DNA of 64,000 nt from Phoronis australis (taxonomy: Eukaryota > Animalia > Phoronida), in NCBI GenBank assembly GCA_002633005.1, contig NMRA01000086.1:862321-926320 (forward strand). The letters run 5' to 3'. Made by a program: the position numbers and the translations under genes. Below, piece by piece: positions 29,201 through 40,600 of the stretch. How positions within the stretch are numbered: the stretch's first letter is position 1; the number at the start of each line of letters is the position of its first letter. Below the pieces are notes generated by a model. It worked only from the letters and a program-made list of their open reading frames with translations. It was not told the DNA's origin and searched no databases.

Positions 29201-29646
29201 CCAATTGATTACTTTTGTCTTGCACTGTATGTAGGTAACCAAGACTGCATTTTATGCTTCGAGGATTATTATAATTTTAAGCTTAAAGGACCATTAAACA
29301 TAGTCTGAAGAAATAGCAAACAGTCTGTTCATTCTGATCCCAGAGATCACTGTTAAACTAAGTTGGGAACTAGATGGCCAATTTTATAATGCCAGGTGGC
29401 ATAAATCAAAACATGTTTTTGAGAGAAAACACATTTCAAGGGTGCTTAAATCCACAGGTGGATTATTATTCCAATTCCAAGTTTAATTCACCTGTCAATT
29501 ATAGTAGTCTTGGTTTCACCCATTGTTTTATGAGGAAATTACACACTAAATGTGTTGCAGGTACAAAGATGGTGTTTGCTGGAATCAAGAAGAAGAATGA
29601 AAGAGCAGACTTAATCGCATACCTGGAGGAGAACTGCAGCAAGTGA
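26271..29646 (+). CDS. CYCS: Cytochrome c, paralog 2 (N-terminally extended; K72A)
   Basis: Exons 26271-26469, 27510-27572, 29561-29646. Protein [29 protein letters not shown]...[49 protein letters not shown]. Confidence 0.97.
27225..27385. mobile_element. Short MITE
   Basis: TIR aattgacctatcgc...gcgattggtcaatt; homologous copy at 36270-36448. Confidence 0.65.
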
Positions 29647-31080
29647 TGTCAGTCAAGTCTAGGACCACTTCATCAGTCGTTGTCATAGTTACTGCCGAAT
29701 GACGTTTAGTTTTGGTCACCCTATCTTTCAGTTTGTAATGTCTGCTCAACAATATTTTGGTCATTTATGGACTCCATTGCACTTCGTGTGGGATGCATCA
29801 TGCAGTCGGGTTAATTCATGATAGTGGTTGTGCAGGTTTTATTCTAACGTTAGTGATGTTGGAGTTTTAAAATTTGTGCTGTGTACAGTGTCGTTTCTAC
29901 CCTAGATGTATGCGATTTTATTTAGGAATACAGTATTTCAGGAGTGTTGAGACGTGATAGAACTTGAGATTCAGTGGTGATGGATTTGTTGTGTGTTATT
30001 TATTAAAGTAGACAGATTGTATTGAAGTGTCCATATGAATAAATTATGCAAGGAGTTGATTTTGTCAAGTCTACTTGCACTGACCTTTTGTGAATGTGGC
30101 TTTAATCTCAACAGTAATGCTTTACAAACAATGCATTATCTAGCCAGACAATATACCATTCATGCAGCCCCGCAGCCAGTCATTCAAAAAAACAATTTCC
30201 ACTTCTGAAATTTCAGGCTCTGCCACTGTGATGGAGCATCTCAGAATGCTCATTCTTAGCCAAGAGCCTTCAAAAAATTCATCTACATTCATTGCTGTGT
30301 TGAACATCAAGCATTGTGTGAACATTATTTAATGGTTTTCGTTTGTTGGTAATACAAATCTGGATTTAAATTTGTTACCAGAATAAGTATTTCATAGAGC
30401 AAGGTTCTTGGCAAATGGAAAATTGCTGTTTTACTTGAAGCAAGTCTCTTGCAGAAACACTTTACATCAATTTTACTATTTCCAGAACAGAAGAGTTTCA
30501 TGAACGACTTGGGAGACATCACTAAAACAGGAATATTTCATAAAATTATTAACAACCCTACCTGCATTTGCATTTTTTTACTGGCAATTCATTTAGCTGG
30601 GGATCGGGGTCTTTGAACTCTAAATATTTTTTGTCATTTTCTAACTTCACTGTTCTTGAATACATTGTGATTAATGCATTCAAGTTTCTAGTCTTAAGTT
30701 CACACCTGATGACCCCAACTTCGAGCTACACACTCCGGTAAAAACTTGAAAATCCACGTTCACAGGCAACTTTTAGCCTTAGTGCTGGGATCAGGTGCAA
30801 ACTAAGATTAGACCGTCGAGTTACACAAGGTAGTATGTATTCCTGCATAAAATACTAATGTAGAGTTCACTCAAAAGCAGTAGTCAAAAATACATAAAAA
30901 GATTACACCCCAGTCCCCTACGTTTTGTTGTGTTCAACTTCGGTGACCATTTTACTTGGTGCACTGCAAATTTGAAAGTTATACTTAAAGTTCCATATTG
31001 TAATTCAGGTCATTTTGAAAACATTCCATTTGGCCTACATGTGGAATAAGCATCACTTGGCAATAAGTTCAATCTAGCAT

Positions 31081-31173
31081 CAGGGGCGGATCCAGGATTT
31101 TGAGTTGGGGGGGGATCTGGGAGAATTTGGGCGGTGGCATGGCTCCCTTGCCCACAACCCAAATCTGCCACTG
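31081..31173. mobile_element. Small hAT-like MITE relic
   Basis: caggggcggatccaggatttt...aaatctgccactg; an inverted relative lies at 59853-59969. Confidence 0.5.
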
Positions 31174-31313
31174 AGCCTAATTTGTGCTCAAATTCCTTTC
31201 ATGAAGTTTTCAATATAAAAAATAGGATAAGACTACCTTAAGTCCGAACTCAAGATCATTCACTGAGTGAAGACCTCTTTAAAGACCAGTGTTCTGTTAT
31301 GTTCAGGTGCATT

Positions 31314-33214
31314 ATGGAGGATATTCCCAACGGAGATGCAGAGAAGGGTGCAGCGATATTCAAGAATCGGTGTGCAATGTGCCACACGATACTGAAGAAT
31401 AAGCCACACAAGGCTGGCCCCAATTTACATGGTCTCATTGGAAAAGAAACTGGGAGTGCCCCTGGCTACAGTTACACAAGCGCTAACAAAAACAGAGGTA
31501 AAGGATTTCTGCAAGGGGGTTTGATGTAAAAGATTAAGCATACTGTCTATGGGCTGCGAAAAGGGCAAAAATAATAAATAGAAAATCCTCGAACCTAATT
31601 CGTAAAAATAAATCCTGTTCAGTTGGAGAAATCAATAACAACTTGTAAAATTCAATTGTGTTTGGAAAATCAAACCTGTCGGTGGTAACGGAAACTAGCC
31701 AAGTGCGCAGAAAGGGCAAAATTACAAAATGTGGTTGATTTTCTATTTTTTGCACTTTCCGCCGCCCATAGCTGTCATTATCAATAGAAATTTTGAAAAG
31801 TCCTGTAGAAAGAGCTAGATTATAAGCGAAATGCAGGTTCATTTCTCCCCAGTTAGCTTGCACTTAGAGAATTAAAAAATCTAAGTGGGCATTATTCTCA
31901 TAAATAGGTCTCTAATATTGCTGTGACTGGGTTGTTTCAATTGCCAATAACAACATACTCACCAGAAAAGACGTATCAGTTTATTGGGGTTGACCAATTA
32001 TAAAATTGTTAATTTGAAAAAGGGTAAATGTACAATATTGCCAGATTTTAGTTGGTGACGGAAAGAGAATCTCATCTCATTTGCCTTTTTCTTAAGTGTC
32101 TCACATGTTCAAAATGTACTAACTACTCGATAACTCCAATGAGAAGTAAATTTCTGGTCCTGCAAAACTGTTTTTGTTTGAGACTATTATCTGGTGCAAA
32201 AAAATTACTTAGGTAGTGTTCAGCAGCTGTCTCGCGAGAAGAAAAATCGTAACCAAGATCACGTGCTCGGTCAATTGAATACAGGGCAATACATGGTGTA
32301 ATCTCGCGAAGTCTTGGTTTTCTAGCGAGGTCCTAACATTACTGAATTCTACCCTGCTACAACATGCCAGAATGGTTGAACCTCATCTCAGCCAATAAAT
32401 TGTCCTCTCAAAGTCCAACAATCATCTTTGAGGCACAATGCCAAGACCACCCATCAAAGTGAATGGTCCAAATCGATACTTACTTTATCACATCGAGAGA
32501 CTGGGTTTCAGTGTCAAAATGTGCAAAAGAGAACTGGGAATTTACACTTGAAAGGTACATTTCAGGGATTACCTGGACTCGTGAGACGCTATTTCAGTAC
32601 CTAGAAGACCCCAGAAAATATATTCCAGGTAAGCGCAGAGCCTAGAGTACAGTTTGTTTTTCTCGAATTTAAAGACCATTCCAGATTGCACATTTCAAAG
32701 GTACTAATAGGTCCTAGGCAGCAGTAACACTGGGAATAATTGTCTGAATGGCAAATATTGATTCGTGAACCCAAGATCTGTAATATGCACATTTGTGATT
32801 TTATCTGTATTTGAACCCCCGTGCAGCAGACACGAAGTCAAATTTCAACTTGAATACAGTTGGGCAACAACGTTTGCTAAATATCACTGAGCTTCATTCA
32901 GGTCATGGGGTAACAATGTCCAATAACCAAATGGATGCTAATGCCCATATTAAAAAACATTGAAATTGTTTCGACTTTGAAAGAGGTTCTTAAAGTTGAT
33001 GCTTTGAGTTGCTTTAAGTCTTAGACTTCGGAAAAACCTTTTAATTCAGTCGGGGAAATCCCGGATAGAAACGTATTTCAATATTTTAGAGATGATGGAA
33101 ATTTTGTTTGAATTCCTTTACTTTGTAGGAACCAAAATGGTGTTTTTGGGAATCCGCAAAGCTCAAGACAGGGCTGACTTAATTGCTTATTTGGAGACTG
33201 CATCACAAGGCTAA
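31314..33214 (+). CDS. CYCS: Cytochrome c, paralog 3 (most diverged)
   Basis: Exons 31314-31497, 32566-32628, 33129-33214. Protein [24 protein letters not shown]...[49 protein letters not shown]. Confidence 0.95.
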
Positions 33215-33383
33215 TAGACAACTGACATTTATCAAAGATATGCCTCTCTGTATATGCAGACACGCAAAGATCACTGAATGCACATTTAGTAAAGATGTGG
33301 ATGTATGCACGTATTTCGACTTGTGTATAGAAACATACGCTTTTAAGTGAATTAAGCCGAACACACCTTTATATGAAATGTTG

Positions 33384-33620
33384 GCATGCTACAATATAAG
33401 CTTATGGTTGTAAGCAATACATCTAGCCAGACTGTGAGCGCATGTTACAATATAAGCTTATGGTTGTGAGCAATACATCTGGCCAGACTATAAGCGCATG
33501 CTACAATGTAAGGTTATGGTTGTGAGCAATACATCTGGCCAAACTATGAGCGCATGCTACAATACAGGGTTTTGGTTGTGAGCAATACATCTGGCCAGAT
33601 TATGAACGCATGTTACAATA
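33384..33620. repeat. Tandem repeat, ~56 bp x4
   Basis: gcatgctacaatataagcttatggttgtgagcaatacatctggccagactatgagc units downstream of cytochrome c paralog 3. Confidence 0.9.
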
Positions 33621-34689
33621 AGATTGTCACCAAAGTATATGCATTTACATACGTGCAAAAAAACTTCAGATCTTTTCGGAAAACAAATTTGAGTGAATGG
33701 ACTTGGCAAGATGGCGCTTGGGGTTTTAGCGGCTTTAACAAGTCTTCTTAAGAATCCAATAATTAAATACTCTCTCTTCCTCCATATGCTGATCCACCCA
33801 CTCTCTTGCACAACCCGAATATAGGGTACGCTCTTGGACATTTCGTTGTTTTTCAAAGATGAAGATATTTCTACTAGTCTACAGAGCATTGCTTCCACCG
33901 AGCAATATTTTTGATCATTTACGATTTATGTGTGTTTTGTTGCATTTTGATGTTATGAGCAGTAGCGTTAATGGCTGTTAAATACAGTCTGTGTGTTTTG
34001 GACTCAGATATTGTACAAAACATCATTGGAAACTTGTATTGATTTATTAAAAAGATATTTTGCATCAACTTGGAATCTCTGATTCTAATAGGGCTGAAAC
34101 GGTTAACCAACGACCATGTTTTTTAGCTTTGTTGGTTCAGTTAACAGAACAAAACTTATCTTTAGGCTAATAACAAGAAGTTGCAACATTTAAAATTAGA
34201 AAATGTTTCATCTTTCAAATAGAAATAATTACCATTATTCAAACCTCTCGGAACAGGGTTACACAGTTTCTTGAGGTGCTAAGTCACAAAGGGCATAGGA
34301 AGGCTAAGTACTGCTTCTAGTCTCAATTTTTTTAGTGCTCTGACATGTATCATTCACATTAATTTTCTATCTAGATTTGCTTTTTGCCTTTCTTCTCTGA
34401 CAAAATACCACAACTGAAAAACTTAAACCACCTGCCAAAAAACAAAACAAAGCCAAAAAGTTGGGGGACCACATCAGCCCTAGATTCTAAGTGCTTAGGT
34501 GCCTTAAAACACAAGACCTAAAAACAACATGTAAGAGTAAAAAATAAAAAGTGGCGAAAACTGAAAATCCTTAACATCCATGAATCCCGACTAAGTACAC
34601 TCACAATGTACACATTTTTTGCACTACACCAAAAGCTGTTCTTTCTTTGGAGCACAGGAGCTGTACTAGAAGATCTATTAATGTCAGTC

Positions 34690-37600
34690 TCAAGGGAGCA
34701 TGCCCAGTCCAACTTTATCACGGAGCTGAAAGAACAAAGACAAGAGCTTACTTACAATGTGACGACCACAGACTTAACACATGATTTAGATGACCAGAAA
34801 TACAAAGTGTCACAGAGTATTAATAGCACTATGTGATTTGGTGCTGCTTAAGGTCACACAGGACCCTATTGAAATGTTTTGCGACTTTAGGGAAATGTCT
34901 ACAAAACTACAGATGTTAAGTCAGTAAAAGTATACATTTTATGAAATTAGACTAGAAAGACTGCAGAAACTGCCTTTCGACTTCATATGAATCTGCCATT
35001 AATTGGGTCATGCGACCACAGATTTTTACAGAAATTTAGCAAAACGATATTGAGGTACATTCATAACAAAACCACAATATCAATGATACAAATGTTCAAG
35101 ATATACATCAACCTTAAAAAGGCTGTTACTATTTTCAAAATAATCGTGTCAATTTATGTGACTTGAGTTTCTTCACAATGAAAGTCATATTCTTATAGCC
35201 CCTCAAGCAAAAGTGGAACATTTTAAAAAACGATTCCTAACGGTATTTTGGAGAACAGTCCATAAAGCCTAGTATCTGTAAGTTTCATGTAAATCCGAAC
35301 AACCATTTGTGAGGCATGACGTTCCGAATTCAGCCAAATTCGGACCTTTCTCCAGGGTCCTACATAACTTTAAGGGGAAGTGTGTTTGCAGTAAAAATCT
35401 TAGCAGGAACTATAGATTAGACAGTATTGTATATAGTACTGTTAATACCTGATGAATAGTGAACAAGTTATTCGCTGCAAAACATGCATGAAGTACACAC
35501 AAAGCGGTAACAGTCACTTGGGTTCCAGATCTTGGGAACCATTTTCTCACTGAATAACGGTTATCAAACAGGTTCTCAAAGTCAGGGACCCCTGTAAGTG
35601 ACTATTGCCTAACAAAGCTGCATTAGTAGAATGTGTGCCTGAATACATTGTTATGGGTGATTACTACCCAGGAGTGCTATACTTTCTTATTTTCAACAAT
35701 AGATAAATAGGTAATCTGAACAGAAAATAGCAAGATTGTCATTTCTCAAAGTTAGAATATGCAGACGACACTAAATGGAATGTTACCTCAACACAGAGCT
35801 TTGAAATTAATTAAGGGTTCAACGATTAATCAAATCGCGGGCGCAACCGATTTCGACATCAATACACTAAGGTCCATTTTTAGTTCCAATTTTGGTTGTT
35901 AGGCGTCCTACAAGCTTACGATGTTTGTACCTTCTGGAGTATTACGACATTAAACAAACAGCTTAGAATTGTTCATTATTTGTAATCTTCAACAGTTTTC
36001 CCCTGGAGGAGATCTCGCATGTACTCAACGAAAAGTTGTAACCAGAAATAATCCCATTTTCATGAAGAAAAATTTAAAGTGAAAATACAAGATTGATATT
36101 GCTAAAGTTGCTTAAATTGGTACAAATGATAACTACTTAAATTTGAGAAAAAAAAATAATCAATTTCATTATTTTAACAAGAATCTAATCTAAAATTATC
36201 AAAATCTTCCTAAAAACAATCAAATCGGGTGTATTGTCCCACGCCTAGTTGAAATGTGCTCACTGCATGAATTGACCTAACACAAGCTCCACCACCTTGC
36301 ATAATGTCGACTAACAAACAATAAGTTTTACCCAGCAACATGTTGTTTGTCGGGTAAAATGGTGGCTTGGAAACGAGGGTGCGTCAAGAATGATGAGTTC
36401 TAAATGCTCAGTTAAGCTGTCACTCAAAATCCTGGCGATAGGTCAATTGCAAGTGGTAAAGATTAGAGCTAATTTTCAAACATTTCCATTCACTAGTCTA
36501 AGAGTGAGCATCACTGGTGAGAAATTAAAATTGAGTCTACAAAGTGCACTGCTATTAATCCTGAAATTAGTGAAAGCAATGCTGATAAGTATTGAGATAG
36601 CCGCAAAGAAAACTAAAATTGTCACTAGGGGGCACTGCATTGGTCGGATCAATCAAATAATGTACGCCAGTCATGTTCCCCTTAGCAGAAACTCATTTGC
36701 CAGGTTGAGAGGTGGACACCAAACAAAAAACGAAACGGCCTTTAGATAGCACAGCATACGTTGGAACTGTCTAAAGGTGGTCAAGTGCCACACATGCGTC
36801 ACACTTGGTAATGTTTTGCTGCATGCAATGGTAGTCTTACTGAAGTGCCACGATACCTCAGCAGGCGTATTCTTCATACGATAGCTCATCAGAGCCTGCG
36901 TCAACTTGTTGGAGATCTCCAGCACTTGCGCAGCCTGCTCTTCCGTCTCCACTGAGCTTAGATCAGCCTACAGTCAGAGAAACATCATAATGCCAATTTC
37001 AAAACCACAAATATTACAAAACAAAAAGCAGAACATCTGGATCTCGCAGGCTGCAAGGGGAAAGTGTCCGCCCGAACCTCAATAACAGCATCCTTACAAA
37101 GTTTTCATAGGGGTATACAGTGTGTGGACAAGTACGAACACATACAGCCAGGCATGTAGTCGCGCGTGTCAAAAACTGGAACATTTAAAAATTAGGAAAA
37201 TACAGCTGTATCACAAAATGACGACTATCTGCACTACAACACTTTATAAGCATGCATACCTTTAACAAAATTGGCCAAAATCCTCTTTCAATTGCAAGGG
37301 AGTTGGGAACAAAAGAATGGGACAATTTCAGTAAATTGCAAAGTGTCGACTATTCGTGCTACGGCACTACATAAGCATACATTTTTGAAAGTTTGGTTGA
37401 TCCCATTTGAAATGTAAGAACTGTGCACAAAAAAGACATAATGTCTACACGGACGTACTGAAGCCTACCATTACTATATACCCTGTACCTTCAGCAGGGA
37501 TAAAAACATTGTAAAGGTAATTATGAAACGTACCAGGTCGCCAAATGAATTATTAGACGGGGCAGCCATTCGATAAGGGTCCGCTGTGTGCGACCATGAG

Positions 37601-40600
37601 GCAGTGGGTGGGTTCTGCTGTGATCGCGGGGGTGCTGGTGATCTACTGAAGGCAGAGCTACCCTGTGGACCATGACAAAAGTATACAAATAAAACATTAT
37701 AAGCAATGAGAACTGTTCTTCACTGATTATAAGTGAAGGGGTCGTAACCTACGACACCAGCTGTGACTCCCTTCTGTGTACCACCTCGTTCTAAAACCAG
37801 GTCAACTTGCTGCCAGAAACAAGGCCAGAGACTAGGATCTTTTTGGAGTGAGGGTGGAAACTAACAATAAAGATGTCTGCTATTGCTAATTACATCGAAA
37901 ACTCTTATTTTGCTTTCACTTAAAATATTTTCCAAAAGCACATGTATTGAGCTACATGCTGATGTCTACTTTCCTGTAGTTAATGGTGTACTTCACAGTG
38001 GTGTACTTCACAGCACATTCCATGGCCATATTCACACACATGGAATAAGGATGAAGAATATATATTATTTTATGGTAAGGCTAGACACCTGGGTTGGGTC
38101 CCATAAAACTTCGAAGTTATCCGCTGGATAAGTTTGATTGTTGCATGACGTCAGGTGCATTGTTCAACAATAACAACGTGGCGCGTGATAATGCGAGGTC
38201 ATTGTTGCTATGCAGTGTATAACTTTTATGCAACTAGGCCCTGGTTGGATTTGAAAGAACTAGCACTTGAGGGGCAGTGGTCCCAAGCGGGATGACAATA
38301 ATAATAAGTAGTGGCATGTGAACAAGAAGGTAATGGAGTCAGATCTCGATGAGAACAGCATTAATTCACAAAAAAATTTTAAAAGGAATTAAAATCGCAT
38401 TACCATATCAGCGGTCAATAAGAATGTGTCATTGGTCAATATGGAGAGTTTCCAACTCCGAAACGCAACCTTGGAAGTTCATGATATGTTCAAACCAAAA
38501 AGTAATGGGGGTTTAAGTGTACTATACTCCAGCTCAACAACTGACAGGCAATATCAGCCCTGGCATACAGTGCCACCTGCTGTCAGGATGGAAGAATGGA
38601 GACACAGCTAGTATAAGAAGACATTTATGAGCCAGTCTGCGACTGGTTAATAGATAAAGCAAAGCTAAAGACTCACATAGTAATCTTGATGGTAACTTTC
38701 ATACCCCTCACCATAACCATAATCATAGCCTAGGCCATAACTGCAAGAAGGAAATGCACATGACAAATAAAAGTTAACAAACCTGTCAACACTACTTCTA
38801 ACATTCACAATATATCTTACAAGAGCAACGCAGAGCGTTGAAATGCGCCCACAATTGCACCGCATACGGTATCCTTCTAGGGTTGTTTATTGGTACCATA
38901 AAGTGGCCAGTAGAGGGCATATATGTAGTACGTTGTACTTTGCAAAATGGAAAGGCATGGTCCTTGTCTCCTCAATAGGCTAGGGGCAAAATGTGAGTAA
39001 TCTTCATAATACAAGCACATCCTATACACCAGTTGCTTAAAGCACCACAGAAACATAGAATTAAAAACAAATTTACCAACATACGAGATTAGCACAGCAT
39101 TAGNGTTTTAGTTTCATTCTCACTAAACAGAGCGATCCAAACAAACATATAATAGCCTCTAGAGGGTGAACAGCAAGACAGAAATGATCTCCGCAGCTGC
39201 CAACTGTCGATTCTTCAAACAGTTTAGAGGGTGGGAAGGCGGAAAACAATGAACAGATACAAAAACAATAAAAAGGCCACTAGGGGCGCAACTTTGGTCA
39301 AATCTGTATGACACAGGGCTTGAGCTGTTGCCTACATTCTAGTAATCACATCCATTGATGAACTTGATAGATATCAAGAAAAATGTTAAGAAAAACAAAT
39401 CTTGCCACAAGGAAACTCTGCAACAGTCAGATTTCGACTCAAAATACACGAAGAAACTTGGTAGACATTGAGTTATAGACAAAAAACAAAACTGCCACTA
39501 ACTTCCAGGCACCACAATAGTTGAAGGTGTCCAAAAATCATCTATGTACTTCCAGAAAAAAATTCTCATCAATGTCCTTTAGAGTGTTTTGGCCAATAGA
39601 GAGAGGGATGACAAAAACAAAATAAAAATGGCCGCTAGGTGGTGTACATTATGTCAATTCCATCTTGGAAGGTGGCATCGCTTCATTAACAGAAACCTAT
39701 CAGCCAAATTTCATGAAAATCTGTCACAAAACTACCAGAAAGTTGTCTTTGTCCCTCGTCATCACTATAGAAACACATTGCCAAATTAAACAAAGATTCA
39801 GCAAAAGGTTTAGGAGATACAGCCACACTATTAAGAGCTGTACAAAATTATCGTCAGCCATGCTCTTCCTAATATGGACATATACGGCCATTTTTAATAC
39901 TGATCCTAAGAGCGGTTTGGCCAATAAAGAGGTTTAAAAATGGTGACTAGAATATGTCGACTCCTTCCAAAAATGTGAAGGCGACGTTGTCTCCTTAACA
40001 GATACCTAGTTGCCAAATTTCATGAAAATCCATCAAGGAACTCCGAAGATAGAGACTAACATCAAAAACAAACTTGCCAATCTCGAGCACACTGGTATTC
40101 AAATTCATCAGAAAACTCACTCATGCTATCCCAATCTGATAGAAACGTGTCTGCAAAATTTCTTGAACATCCATTCACAGGTTTTGGAGATACAACATCA
40201 GACATCAAACGGGAATGAAGACATAATGTCGGAGCATAAACACCAAAATTCAAGAAAAAAAAAAATTCTAGAAACAACAAATTCCTTACCTATCCTGGTC
40301 ATAATCATGATACGGTAGTGGTCTACCTCTTGCACTTGCCCCTCGGGCTCTCTTACTGGGTGGTCCTGGCTGGTAGTTACTTTCATAACCTAATGGAAGC
40401 AACATGAAAGTTACGGTGCATGACTTGGGTGCAATCAGGTCACGCTATATAAGGAAGATATTTCTGGAATATTACAGTGTAATTAGGGAATACTGCAGGA
40501 CGATGGTATTTCAGGAATGCAAAATTACACCTCCCTTCAATGTTCCAAATTTCAAAATTAATAAATACTAAAAAGAAACAACTCCACGACATATACTTTG

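Noticed and set aside
33384-33620. Regular repeats (also 14751-14940 and 46105-46580) as CRISPR-like arrays
   Set aside because: Contiguous units without unique spacers, no cas genes, and a eukaryotic context.
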